DNA of 64,000 nucleotides from a virus: IMG/VR virus record IMGVR_UViG_3300028596_000009, positions 64,001-128,000 of that record; one strand, 5' to 3'. The translations under genes were made by a program, and so were the position numbers. Of the stretch, positions 25,468 to 36,263 are shown one piece after another (position 1 is the first letter of the stretch; every line of letters starts with the position of its first letter). The notes below the pieces were generated by a model. That model saw only the letters and a list, made by a program, of their open reading frames with translations. It made no database searches and was not told the origin of the DNA.

Positions 25468-25635
25468 GTGGAGTCCACCGACAAGGCCAGAACCGAGAGG
25501 ATCACCATCCGCTTCACGCAAGCGGAGAAAGCGGAGATCGAGGCTATGGCCCGTCAGGAAAACCGTAAGGCAGCGGACTTCGCCCGCCTGCTGATCCTCG
25601 CGCACATCGAGCGCAAGAGGACGATGCCGGGGTGA
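25468..25635 (+). CDS. Ribbon-helix-helix DNA-binding protein
   Basis: RTERITIRFTQAEKAEIEAMARQENRKAADFARLLI; AAGGAGG RBS. Confidence 0.85.
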   Translation: MESTDKARTERITIRFTQAEKAEIEAMARQENRKAADFARLLILAHIERKRTMPG

Positions 25636-25853
25636 ACGAGGAGGTCCACATCCGGCTTTCCGGTGGCTCAGGCTTACCGGTCTGCTGGACAAAGAACGGC
25701 CCGCTGGCCGTGGACAACCTGACCGGCATCAAGGAAGAAAGCACCTGCGACGACTGCATTGCGCTTCAGCAGGCGTTCCAGGAGTTCGAGGACGCGGCAT
25801 CCGAGCTGCTCCTCGACCAAGCCAGGATCAACAAGATCCTCGGCGAACTGTGA
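25632..25853 (+). CDS. Hypothetical protein
   Basis: GTGA overlap. Confidence 0.65.
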   Translation: MNEEVHIRLSGGSGLPVCWTKNGPLAVDNLTGIKEESTCDDCIALQQAFQEFEDAASELLLDQARINKILGEL

Positions 25854-25875
25854 TCCCTCGGAAAGGGGAAACGGC

Positions 25876-26331
25876 ATGAACTTCACCAAGGCTGGTGCCT
25901 ATGCGGTCGCGGGAACGCTGAGCGCGACCCTGCTCATCTCCGCCTGCTCCTCCGGCTCGGTCTCGGGCCCGGTGCAGTCGAAGCAGGTCGACACCTGCGA
26001 GACCCTGTCGATGGAGCCGATGGCCTCGGTCGTCGTCACCAAGGGCAAGCCCGGCGGGGGCGGCTCCAAGTCCTCCAGCTCCGGCGGCGGCTCGGGCAAG
26101 ACCACCAAGAAGGTCGACACCAACAAGCCGTCCAAGACGAACGGTTCGACCGGCGGCTCGGGCAAGACCGGCGACTCCGGCAAGAAGTCCAAGAAGCCGA
26201 AGACCTGCTCGACCGAGTACGAGCTGATGGTCACCGACAAGGAGGACGGCGTCATCGAGCAGGATGTCACCTCCGAGGAGTACGCCCGCTGCGACGTCGG
26301 CGAGCAGTACCCCGCCTGCAAGGAGAACTGA
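25876..26331 (+). CDS. Lipoprotein with Gly/Ser/Lys-rich linker
   Basis: Lipobox LISAC; C-terminal EQDVTSEEYARCDVGEQYP. Confidence 0.8.
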   Translation: MNFTKAGAYAVAGTLSATLLISACSSGSVSGPVQSKQVDTCETLSMEPMASVVVTKGKPGGGGSKSSSSGGGSGKTTKKVDTNKPSKTNGSTGGSGKTGDSGKKSKKPKTCSTEYELMVTDKEDGVIEQDVTSEEYARCDVGEQYPACKEN

Positions 26332-26332
26332 C

Positions 26333-27142
26333 ATGGACAAGGACATGGCCAAGTACGTCCTGAAGGACTGGACTGTTCTGGTCGGCTCCGTCGTGACCAG
26401 CGTCGAGCTGTTGTGCTTCGTCATGGTCTGCAAGGTAGGAGGCATGGCGGAAATCTCCTACGTCGGCCTCCTGCTGGTCGCCAGCTTCGCAGCGTGTGGC
26501 TACCTCGCCGCTGTCGCCTCGACCGAGTATGAGGAGGGCCGGTGAGCAGGGAGATGGCTCGTTACGTGGCTGGCATGATCGGCGGCTCGGCGTGGTTCCT
26601 GTGGAACCTGCCGTACATCGACTCCTTCAACTTCATGTGTCTGATGTGCGCGGTCATCTGCGGATGGGGCGTACTCAAGACGCTGAAGAAGGGACGTCGG
26701 TGAACCTGAAGAAGGCTGACGAGGAGGCCGCCAAGGGCGTCGCGGTGCGCGACATCATCGCGGACCACCGGGCCACCGTCGAGAACCTGAGGATCCTCTG
26801 GTACGCCATGCTCCTCCTGTGGGCGGCGAGCGTCGTCTTCGAATGGGCGCCCGGCCGGACCGGAGGATGCATCGGACTCGTCGTCACCTCCATCGTGGAG
26901 ATCGTGTACAGGCGGAAGAAGTTCAAGTAGTCCCTTGGAAAGGGGAAACGGTGAAGATACGCAAGCCTTCGGGTGATGCCCTGCTCGTGATGGGCGGAGG
27001 GTCCCTGATGACCTACCTCGCGATGCTTCTGACCGGCAGTGAGACCTGGATGGCGGACGTCATGATCGTGGCGGCGACCGTGTTCATCCTGTCCGGCCTG
27101 TACGTCGGCTCCGGCAAGTCCGATGGCCAGACCGACGCATGA
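26333..27142 (+). other. Four small two-TM proteins (26333-26545, 26542-26703, 26700-26930, 26951-27142)
   Basis: First three coupled by GTGA overlaps; hydrophobic hairpins. Confidence 0.65.
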
Positions 27143-27887
27143 CGAAGTAGCGGAGATCGCGCAACTGCGCAGAGAAGGTGACCTCGGCTCGTACATCCGC
27201 AGCCTGGCTGGCCTCAAGGTCAAAGCCAGGCCGGAGTACCAGGCAATCCAGTGCCCGTTGTGCGGCGCCCCTCCCAACCAGTCCTGCACCGGACTGCGCG
27301 GGAAGCGCCTGGGTGCCGGAGTGCATGAGGCCCGGATCGGCGCGATCTCTCCGCAGGAGGTGACGTCGATGGGTGGAGCATGGCCCGTCGGTCTTCCCAT
27401 GGAAAGGGAGAATGACGAAGTGAACCTGAACAACGAGCAGGCTGTCAGAGCTGCCGCCCTGCAAGCGGCGGCCGTCACGGTGGCGTCCATCAACGGCGAC
27501 GAGAACGACGTGATACTGCTCGCCGAGGAGTACGCCGCGTACATCCGGGGCGGCCCGGCCAGTTTCCAGCGCAACCCGGACGAGGAGTTCTCGAAGCCGT
27601 CCGAGGCGTGGGCCGAGCCGGACCCGGCGTCCATGGCGCAGGAGTTCGCGACCAGCGGCTACAACGCCAGGACCAAGGAGGAGTTCGGCAAGGTCTGGAA
27701 GGCCGCGAGCGACGCCGGGGTCATGGGGACGGTGGTGATCCTCAGCGACGGTGAGCAGCAGGAGCTGGGGGCGTACCTGACGGTGATGGCGGCCAAGTTC
27801 AAGGATCCGAACCAGGTCTCTGACCCGAACCGGTCTTCGGAGCGGGAGAGGGCCCGGCAGACGATCCGGTCCGACATGGGCCTGTAG
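27123..27887 (+). CDS. Zinc-finger protein, possibly with internal start at 27420
   Basis: CPLCGAPPNQSC...HEAR; internal GGAAAGGGAG before GTG. Confidence 0.65.
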   Translation: MARPTHDEVAEIAQLRREGDLGSYIRSLAGLKVKARPEYQAIQCPLCGAPPNQSCTGLRGKRLGAGVHEARIGAISPQEVTSMGGAWPVGLPMERENDEVNLNNEQAVRAAALQAAAVTVASINGDENDVILLAEEYAAYIRGGPASFQRNPDEEFSKPSEAWAEPDPASMAQEFATSGYNARTKEEFGKVWKAASDAGVMGTVVILSDGEQQELGAYLTVMAAKFKDPNQVSDPNRSSERERARQTIRSDMGL

Positions 27888-28038
27888 GTCCATCTGGCTG
27901 AACCCCTCGCCGGATGTGCTCTGACGAGGGGTTTTCCTGTACCCCGCCACGACTTAATCTGTACTGTCAGGTACACTCATTGACAGTCAACAGGAATCAG
28001 ATGTAGGGTTCCGAACAGAAAGTATCGGTGAGGTCAAC

Positions 28039-28473
28039 GTGAACACACGGGAAAACGTCAGCGAGTCCGTCCGGGCCCTGATGGGACTGCGTGGGATGAA
28101 CAGCATGTCTGAGCTGGCAGAACTGCTCGACGTGCACCCCGAGTACATGCCCCGCAAGGTCCGGGAAGGGCGGTGGACCCTGGAAGACCTCGACGTACTG
28201 AGCGAGATCTTCGAAGTCACCCCCGCCGCCCTGGTGTCCGGCGAGAACCTGGCCCAGCGACCCACCTTCCCCGGCAAGCAGCGTCTCTTCGAGGTCATTT
28301 TCACCCTCGAAGGCGGAGCAAAGCTGGTCTGCCTGGAGGAGGCGGGAAGCAGCGGAGACGCCATCAAGTCCATCACCGGCGTCTGGGCCCCGCCCGAGGA
28401 GGTCACCAACATCAGCACCAAGGAGAAGAGGTACTTCCAGGTGCACATCCCCTCCCTGGAAGGCCAGCGGTGA
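28039..28473 (+). CDS. XRE-like HTH protein
   Basis: VRALM...SMSELAELLDV...WTLEDL..LSEIFEVTP..L. Confidence 0.75.
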   Translation: MNTRENVSESVRALMGLRGMNSMSELAELLDVHPEYMPRKVREGRWTLEDLDVLSEIFEVTPAALVSGENLAQRPTFPGKQRLFEVIFTLEGGAKLVCLEEAGSSGDAIKSITGVWAPPEEVTNISTKEKRYFQVHIPSLEGQR

Positions 28474-28784
28474 TACCCCACTTCGAACCGGCCAGCAATC
28501 CGTTCGACGGTGACGACACCGAGACGCCCGAGTCCTACGCCGCACAGACCTGTGCCTGTAAGGAGCCGGACGTCTGGATGGAGATCAGCGAAGGCGATCT
28601 GGTCTGGGGATGCGACGGCTGCAAGAAGCCGATGAGCGACTGGTTCACCGAGAGCGTCCTGATGAACCCCATCAAGGTCTCGTACACGGTCGAGCCCGGC
28701 TGCTGCACCTGCAACATGTTGGACCAGTTTTCCTGCGACTGCGATCAGTGGCCCGTGGTGAAGCCGGTCATAGGAGAAGGATGA
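28470..28784 (+). CDS. Cys-rich hypothetical protein
   Basis: GTGA overlap. Confidence 0.65.
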   Translation: MIPHFEPASNPFDGDDTETPESYAAQTCACKEPDVWMEISEGDLVWGCDGCKKPMSDWFTESVLMNPIKVSYTVEPGCCTCNMLDQFSCDCDQWPVVKPVIGEG

Positions 28785-28809
28785 TTCAGCACATAGGAAG
28801 GAACACCCG

Positions 28810-30336
28810 GTGAGTGACCTGAAGCCGACCGACGAGCAGCAGGCTGTCATCGACGCCGCCAACGAGGGCGAGACGTTCGTGGTGGACGCGGTCGCCGGTT
28901 CCGGTAAGACCTCGACCCTTCGGATGGCGGCCGAGGCGATGAGCGACCGCAAGATCCTCTACCTGGTCTACAACCGGGCCGCCTCCGACGACGCGAAGAA
29001 GTCGTTCCCGAAGAACGTGGACGTCAAGACCACCTCGGCTCTGGCCTACCGCGACTACGCGGGTGACTACGGGCACCGGCTGATCAACGCCCCGTACGTT
29101 CCCGCCCGCCAGACGGCCCGCCTCCTCGGCATCAACGAGCCGGTGCGGCTTGGCGAGAACATGATCTACCACCAGAACCAGATCGCGCAGTTGGCTGTCG
29201 ACACTGTCGACAACTACGCCCGGTCCGCCGACGTTCAGGTGAGCGAGAAGCACGTCTCCACCAGGGACATGCCGCTGGGTCTGACCCAGGTCCAGGTCGA
29301 CTTCCTCAAGATCACGGCCGCCAAGTGGGCCGAGCAGCTCTGGGAGGAGGCGATCGTCCCGGCGAGCAGCCACCGTTTCACGTTCGACTACGCCTTCAAG
29401 CTGTACGCGATGGCCGACCCCGATCTGTCGCACTACGGCGCCATCTTCATCGACGAGGCGCAGGACTCCAACGACATCGTCGAGCACTTCCTGAAGAACC
29501 AGTGGACCCAGAAGGTGGTCGTGGGAGACCCCGCGCAGCAGCTCTACGGCTGGAGGGGTGCGGTCGACATCATGGGCCGGTTCGACGGTCCGCGTCTGCC
29601 GCTGACTCAGGCATGGCGCTTCGGTGAGGAAGTCGCCGAGGAGGCCAACAAGTGGCTGGAGCACACCGGTACGAAGATCAAGGTGCGAGGCAACCCGCAC
29701 ATGGACTCCCTGGTCCTCGACACGGTCTCCCCGCACCCGAACGCGGTACTGTGCCGGACCAACGCCGCCGCCGTGGACCGGGCTCTGTTCTACCTGGACA
29801 ACGGCCTGAGCGTGGCGGTGGCGGGCGGTACGGACAAGCTGCTGAAGCTGGCCTTCGCCGCCGGTGAGCTGTACAAGGGCGAAGGCACCACCCACCCGGA
29901 GCTGATCGCCTTCAGTACCTGGCAGGAACTGGTCGACTTCACCGAGGAGACCAGCGGCAGCGATCTGAAGGCACTCGTCAATCTCATCCAGATTCACAAG
30001 CCAGGCGGCATCCGCGCGATCTGCAACCGGCTCGTCCCGGAGACGAAGCTGGACGCGAAGAAGATGAAGGTGCCCTTCGAGGGTGAGCCGGACGTGGTGA
30101 TCTCGACGGCACACAAGTCCAAGGGCCGCGAGTGGGGGACGGTTCAGATCGGCGAGGACTTCGAGGTGCCGATGCCGGTGAAGGACCCTCTGACCGGCGA
30201 GGCGGGCCCGGGTCCGATCAAGAGGGCGGACGCGATGCTGCACTACGTCGCTGTCACCCGTGGACGCCAGGCCCTGCACCGGGGCAGTCTCTCCTACATC
30301 GACGGCTACGCGGACGTTCCTCAGGAGACCTGGTGA
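28810..30336 (+). CDS. UvrD/Rep-like SF1 helicase
   Basis: AVAGSGKT, IDEAQD, VGDPAQQLYGWRGA, STAHKSKGREW, YVAVTR. Confidence 0.93.
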   Translation: MSDLKPTDEQQAVIDAANEGETFVVDAVAGSGKTSTLRMAAEAMSDRKILYLVYNRAASDDAKKSFPKNVDVKTTSALAYRDYAGDYGHRLINAPYVPARQTARLLGINEPVRLGENMIYHQNQIAQLAVDTVDNYARSADVQVSEKHVSTRDMPLGLTQVQVDFLKITAAKWAEQLWEEAIVPASSHRFTFDYAFKLYAMADPDLSHYGAIFIDEAQDSNDIVEHFLKNQWTQKVVVGDPAQQLYGWRGAVDIMGRFDGPRLPLTQAWRFGEEVAEEANKWLEHTGTKIKVRGNPHMDSLVLDTVSPHPNAVLCRTNAAAVDRALFYLDNGLSVAVAGGTDKLLKLAFAAGELYKGEGTTHPELIAFSTWQELVDFTEETSGSDLKALVNLIQIHKPGGIRAICNRLVPETKLDAKKMKVPFEGEPDVVISTAHKSKGREWGTVQIGEDFEVPMPVKDPLTGEAGPGPIKRADAMLHYVAVTRGRQALHRGSLSYIDGYADVPQETW

Positions 30337-31091
30337 CAGTACCGGAAGATAAGGTGCAAACCATCCGTTCCTTCCTCGAATGGGCTGGAAAGAACGGCGT
30401 GCATCTCGCGATGCATGGGCGCCCTCCGTACGGCAAGGAGGGCACCTGGTTCCTCGACGACAGGGAGCGGGAACGGCTCATCGCCTTCCACCTCCTGGAG
30501 ACGGAGAAACGCCATGGCGTGCACCCTTCCGGACTGCAAGGTGTGCGAGAAGACCCGGACTCACCCGGCGTTCAGGCTGGGTGACCGACAGCTTCTCGAA
30601 CTGATCAAGAAGCAGCGCATAGTCATTCCCCGGCAGCGGGGCTGACTTCGACCGGGGCCGTCCACAGTGGGCGGCCCCACCCGGAAAAGGAGAAAGACCA
30701 TGGCCGACGGCGGAATCCACAACCCCAACCCCTGCCCGCAGTGCGGCGGGAGCCAGCCCAGTCACGCGCCCGGCTGCCCGAACGGGAGCTGACGGCGATG
30801 GGCAAGTACCACTCGACGCACGCCGAGTACGTTCTCGATCAGATTGTCCGGTCCATCACCACCAACACGATCCCCGGCCTCGAACTGTCCAAGAAGTATG
30901 CCTGGAACCTGTTGGGAGAGCTGGCCAACGGCTTCGGTGAGTACATCACCAACGTGATCGACGATCCGGAGACCCCGGAAGAGGACAAGATGCCGTTGCG
31001 CAGGGCATCCGTCCTGTTCCACCAGATGATCCTCGACGCGCGAAAGGAAAGCATCCAACCGCTTCTGGACAAGAAGAAGGTGAACCCCTGA
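30333..31091 (+). other. Small hypothetical CDS (30333-30584; 30798-31091; possibly others)
   Basis: Overlapping starts/stops. Confidence 0.55.
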
Positions 31092-31678
31092 TGTGGTTCC
31101 AGGGCAGCTACTACGTCTCCCTCGACACCGAGTTCATCTCCAACAACCTGACCCGCACCGGCACCCTGTCGATCGGCCTGGCCACCGAGGAACACCGCGC
31201 CTACGGCGTCAACGGACTCGCCGACACCGAGATGCGGGGCCTCGACCCGGACAGCAAGGAGTGGATGCGGGCCAACGTCTGGCCCCACCTGCCCGGCGGC
31301 AGCCCGGAGAACTTCGACCGGTCCAACTCGGCCGTCGCCACCCCCGAGGGCCTGGCCAACCTCGCCGAGAACTTCTTCGGCAAGGTCATGGATGAGGTGA
31401 ACCACGACATGGACAAGGTCGTGGTGGTCGCCCTGTGCGGGGCGCAGGACATGGTCCGGCTGCACGGCCTGTGGGATCACAACTGGGCCATGATGCCCCG
31501 CGTCATTCCCAACTGGTTCCGCGACATCGCCGACATGCGTCGCCGTGCCCACCTGAGCAGCGACCAGCTTCCGGTTCGCAAGAGCGGTGAGCACCACGCC
31601 CTGCTCGACGCGGTCCACCAGCTCGACCAGGTCCGCTTCATCCTGGAGAACGACCCGATGAACGAGGAGGTCTTCTGA
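31091..31678 (+). CDS. DEDDh 3'-5' exo(ribo)nuclease, Rv2179c/RNase AS-like
   Basis: LDTEF, LSIGL, W...NV.PHL, QD.V.L, HHALLDA. Confidence 0.82.
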   Translation: MWFQGSYYVSLDTEFISNNLTRTGTLSIGLATEEHRAYGVNGLADTEMRGLDPDSKEWMRANVWPHLPGGSPENFDRSNSAVATPEGLANLAENFFGKVMDEVNHDMDKVVVVALCGAQDMVRLHGLWDHNWAMMPRVIPNWFRDIADMRRRAHLSSDQLPVRKSGEHHALLDAVHQLDQVRFILENDPMNEEVF

Positions 31679-32519
31679 TGGGCATCCGCAGCTTCTTCGG
31701 GTTCTCCTCCGAGGGCAACGACACCATGGGTCCGGCCGGATCCGAGGCGCAGGAACAGGTCCGGCGCGACCGGTTCGAGAACTCCGGGCAGGCCAGCTCC
31801 GGTACCGGCTACTCGGATCCGGAGATCATCACCAACCCGGTTCCCCGCCAGCGAAGGTCCCACCGGGACTGACCGGCACACCACCCCAGGGGCGTTCCTT
31901 CACCGGGGCGCCCCTTCCCATGAGGAGAGATCCGTGAAGTACCGAGCCGTCCTGAACACCACCGCCTCGTGCACCGTGACCTTCGAGGCGCCGGAGAACG
32001 CCACCACGGAGGAGATGCTCGAAGCGATCGAGGAGACCGACAAGCCGACCCTGTGCAACCACTGCTCCGGCAAGTCGGACCTGAACCTCGGCGACGAGTG
32101 GGACGTGGACTACTTCCAGGGCGCGCCGCAGATCTTCCCGGACAAGTGAGCTGCGAAGTCATACGGATCATCCGGTGTGACGCTGGGTGCGGCGCCGGAT
32201 TCAGGCTCGCGGGACGCAAGGTCTCCGTGGAGCGCATGCGATGGATGGCCACCTGGAACGGGTGGCACAGCCGAGGACGCAACCGGGACATCTGTCCCTG
32301 GTGCTGGAAGGAAGGGAAACGCTGATGCCGCTGAAGATGGTCAGCACGTTCGAGCTGTCGTGCGACAACTGCGACTACGTCGCGGACATGGAGGAGGGCG
32401 AGGTCATGCTCTTTGAGACCCCGGAAGCCGCTACCGCCTACGCGGTGGACTCGGGCTGGAAGTACGCCAACGCCGGTGAGATCCGCTGGTTCTCCTGCCC
32501 CGGATGCGAGGGAAACTGA
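31678..32519 (+). other. Run of small hypothetical CDS (31678-31872, 31934-32149, 32146-32325, 32325-32519), several with CxxC
   Basis: Coupled ORFs. Confidence 0.6.
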
Positions 32520-32836
32520 TGTCTCAGTCTGCTACCGCCTACTTCTTCTACGGCTTCCCGGCCCCGGAGGATCTGAGCCGGGAGGCTCTGGAGTTCGCCC
32601 TGGCGAAGAAGTCCTGGTACCAGGTCGGATATGTGACGGTCGGACCGTACGGCGGGGACAAGCGCCTGTACGTGGTGACTTTCTGCCAGGAGGCCGACAC
32701 CCACAAGGCTGCGGTCTTCAGTCCGCTCGCGCCGCACCGCGTCGAGTTGGACAGGGATGAGCTGCTTGACGTCGCCGCCTTCAACGAGTGGCCAGTGCCG
32801 GACCCGCAGTGGTTCGTCGCCGCCGATCTGTCCTGA
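32519..32836 (+). CDS. Hypothetical, 'YG...PxW' paralog family
   Basis: AYFFYGFP ... PQWFVAAD. Confidence 0.7.
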   Translation: MSQSATAYFFYGFPAPEDLSREALEFALAKKSWYQVGYVTVGPYGGDKRLYVVTFCQEADTHKAAVFSPLAPHRVELDRDELLDVAAFNEWPVPDPQWFVAADLS

Positions 32837-32860
32837 ACACCTCCGGAAAGGGGAAAGCGG

Positions 32861-33960
32861 ATGAGCACGATCATCGTTTCGGGCATGTGGCACTGCCAGG
32901 AGTGCGGTGACAGTGGACCGGTCGAGCCGGTCGAGCCCGGCGAGTCGATTTATGCCGACCACCAGTGCGGCGGCGACTACTACCCGGAGGAGGAGCGGTG
33001 GTGACGTTGCCGGAGGAGCGTGAGGAGATCCGCCGCAAGGCGCTGCTCCAGTCGTCCGCGATGCTCATGGCGGCGGTGAACGAACCGTGGGAACCGGCTG
33101 ACCTGCTCGCCGAGAAGGGCGAGGGGTACGTCGAGGAAGTGGTTCTGGAGATCTGCCGGATCGCCGGGAGGCTCCGGCGTCAGGCCGGATAGGGAGGGGA
33201 GAAGGATGAACGACGAGGATCTGGGCCTGGTGCGCAGGATCAGCCGCGATCAGGCGAAGGAGTGGGGGATCCCCCACCAGCACACGATGAACCCGCAGCC
33301 GGTCTGCAAGACGTGCCGTGGGCCGGTCGACTGGGTCGACTCCCCGTCCGGGGCGTGGTGGTCGCACTGGAACCACCCGCTGGACGGGCACGACGCGGAG
33401 GTGGAGCTGGCTCCATACGGCAGGGCCTTCTTCATCTCGGCCGAGCACATCGAGTCGAAGCGGTTCCAGGAGGAGTGGTCGCTGGTCTTCCTCGACCCGG
33501 ATCTCCAGGACGCCTGGGAGGTCGCCTACTTCGTGGGGAACGCTGATGGCGAGGCCGACGAGTGGAACGACGCCCGTGATGTTCTCCTGACCCGGGTCCG
33601 GCGCGTCGAGGTGGTGAAGAACGAGTGGCATCCGGTGAGGAATCTGGTGAGCGAAAGTACGCCCAGACCGTAGGGGAGAAGTACCGGGTCGTACAGCCGA
33701 AGGACTGGCCGATCGACACGGCCGAGGCGCGGGCCGCTCTGTTCCGGTTCTTCGGGCCGGACATGGAGGAGAAGGACTACCCGGAGTTCACTGCCGCGCT
33801 CGACAAGTATCTGGCCGGTGTGCTGATCGGACTGGGCAACGAGTTCGAGAACCTGGGGATGAGCGCCACCGGCTTGAAGGGGACCGCGTGGTACGGCGAG
33901 GGCTTCAAGGACGCCATGCGCCACATCGAAGAGATCGGCTGGGCGATCGACCCGGACTGA
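32861..33960 (+). other. Run of small hypothetical CDS (incl. 33001-33192, 33206-33673, one ending 33960)
   Basis: RBS and codon bias. Confidence 0.6.
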
Positions 33961-33970
33961 AGGAGGCGAC

Positions 33971-34498
33971 ATGCACGACCCGACGACCCGGACGGTCGCG
34001 GAGAACCTGACCTGGATACGTGAGCGGCGGGGTCTGGCCAAGCAGGAGCTGGAGCTGTTGACGGAGGACATCGGCTACGGGGTGACCAGGAAGGTCATCG
34101 GTATGACCGAGAATTTCCACCGCAACGACATCACGGTCAGGGAGCTGATGGCCTGGTCGGCGGCGCTGAAGGTGAGCCCGCTGGATCTGCTGCTTCCGGC
34201 CGACCACGGGGAGAAGGCCGAGGTGACCGGGTTCGGGATGTCGGAGGTCGGTGAGCTGCGCGCCTGGATGGGGAAGGAGAGCGCCTTGCGCAAGACGGTG
34301 ACGCCGTTCGAGCCCACGGAGGAGAACTCGTGGTTCGTGTTCGGCTTTGACGGTGATACGTGGCTGCCGGTGACGGCGCCGCTGACCACGCAGGAGGAGG
34401 CCGACATGCGGCTGGACCGGTTCTCCTACGACCCGAGGTACCAGGGCATGGAGATGAAGGTGATCCGCAGGCGGATCGTTCTGGAGGAGGAAGACTGA
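33971..34498 (+). CDS. XRE-family HTH protein
   Basis: VAENL..IRERRGL...EL...E...R.ITV.EL.A.S.AL.VSP..LL. Confidence 0.8.
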   Translation: MHDPTTRTVAENLTWIRERRGLAKQELELLTEDIGYGVTRKVIGMTENFHRNDITVRELMAWSAALKVSPLDLLLPADHGEKAEVTGFGMSEVGELRAWMGKESALRKTVTPFEPTEENSWFVFGFDGDTWLPVTAPLTTQEEADMRLDRFSYDPRYQGMEMKVIRRRIVLEEED

Positions 34499-35377
34499 TG
34501 GGCAACTCTGTGACGGTGCAGGGCGAGCTGGACATTGTTCCGCCGCTCACCTGGAACGATCTGAAGAAGAACCCGGGCTACCGGCCGGACGCCAAGTACC
34601 ACGACATGCGGATCCTGTTCGACGAGGAGACCGTCGACACCGACAAGGGTGAGCTGGTGTGCCGTACGGGGCTGGAGGTCGGATACGGCGGCAGCAGCAC
34701 CGGCGACCTGCGGTACTCGATGATCGAGAAGCAGTTGACGGAGATTGTCGGGGCGCTGCCGAAGGGCACCGAGCTGAAGGGCTGGCTGGACTGCCGGGAC
34801 GAGCAGGGTGACGTGTGGCGGTTCGCGGTCCGTGACGGCAAGGTCGTCGAGGTGAAGCCGGAGCTGGTCTGGCCGGAGTGGATGTCGTGAACGACGTAGC
34901 GTGGCTGATGGAACGCCGTATCCGGATGGTCCACCGGAAGAAGCGTCTGGACGGCGGCGGCGGGTCGTACTGCGACCTGTGCTCGAACCACGGCGACATC
35001 CACTGGCCGTGCCGGACGATCCGGGCGCTGGAGGACCGTGACCGGTCCTGGATGGAAGAGTGACGGCGGATTCCCACTGGGGCCCGAGTCCGTTCCACCC
35101 GGGGTCCACGGAGCACAGGGGGCGCCGCGAGGACTGCTCGGGCCCGGACTGCGGGCCTCCTCCCCGGATCCCTGACGACTGGGGTGCCTGGTGTCCGCAC
35201 GGCAAGCATGTCGTGGTCCATGACCCGGAGTGTGTGGACGAGTGGGGCAATCCGTTCGGTCGGGTGGTGGATCCGTGGCCGTGTGACCGGTGCACGCAGG
35301 CCGAGTTCGAGGCGGATCAGGAGAGGGCGTACCACGAATCCTGTCCGTCGTGGGAAGAGATCTACGGACTGCACTGA
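34498..35377 (+). other. Three hypothetical CDS (34498-34890, 34887-35063, 35060-35377)
   Basis: Coupled ORFs. Confidence 0.65.
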
Positions 35378-35385
35378 GCAAGTCG

Positions 35386-35430
35386 GCGACCGCCAGGGTG
35401 GAGACAAACACCTTGGCGGTCGTCTAATGT
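35386..35430 (+). promoter_or_regulatory. Promoter/operator with inverted pair of the motif
   Basis: GCGACCGCCAGGGTG...CACCTTGGCGGTCGT; TTGGCGGTCGTCTAA 35413-35427 overlapping TAATGT. Confidence 0.6.
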
Positions 35431-35453
35431 GTACTCCGGAAAGGAGCTACAGC

Positions 35454-36263
35454 ATGAGCAGGATCTACTTCCACACTCCGACCGGGACCGGCGAGGTTCT
35501 CGGCTCCGAGCGGTTCCATCTCGGTGGCCTCATCGACGACTACACCGACACCTTCCTGCGGAAGATCCAGGACACGTACCCCGACCGCATCAGAGGGATC
35601 GTCAGCCCGAAGGCTCTCGCCGAGAACATCCGGCTGTACAACACGCCTCAGGAGTTCCGGAAAACCTTCACCGCGCTCTCGTCGTACAACAAGCGCCTTC
35701 TGGCGTGGAAGGGAACCGAGTTCGAGACCTTCTCCACCAAGATGAACACGGCGCACAGGAGCGGCGACGACGACCTGATCCTGGCCACGATGATCTACTC
35801 GACGTGCGAGGTGCACGGCTGGGTCGACGGCCCGGACCGCGAGTGGTTCGCCGACAAGATCGACCACGCCCTGTGCGCCGGAACCTTCCGCGAAAGCCAC
35901 GGCTGGGAAGGCGTCATCGAGCTTCTGCTGGCCAACGACCACGGCGAGGTGGTCATGTCGTACTCGGTCACCGGCGGCTTCCCCGACCTGCGGATCGTCA
36001 GCCCCGACATCGACTGGGACGACTACGGGGCCTGTTCGCAGGCGGAAAAGCGCTGGGAGGAACTCGGCGCCGAGGGCCGCTGGAAGGCCGGGATGGGAGC
36101 CCTGCACAGGGACGGCACCCTCCAGATCTCGCCGCTGAAGTGGGGCAGGCAGTACGCCGGGGCGAACTTCGCCCTCCAGGATCTGATGTACGACGACTGG
36201 CGCGAGCGGCTCGACAAGGCCGTGGACATGCCGAAGGGACCGATCGACCCGTGGACGAAGTGA
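35454..36263 (+). CDS. Hypothetical protein
   Basis: AAGGAG RBS, 269 aa. Confidence 0.8.
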   Translation: MSRIYFHTPTGTGEVLGSERFHLGGLIDDYTDTFLRKIQDTYPDRIRGIVSPKALAENIRLYNTPQEFRKTFTALSSYNKRLLAWKGTEFETFSTKMNTAHRSGDDDLILATMIYSTCEVHGWVDGPDREWFADKIDHALCAGTFRESHGWEGVIELLLANDHGEVVMSYSVTGGFPDLRIVSPDIDWDDYGACSQAEKRWEELGAEGRWKAGMGALHRDGTLQISPLKWGRQYAGANFALQDLMYDDWRERLDKAVDMPKGPIDPWTK

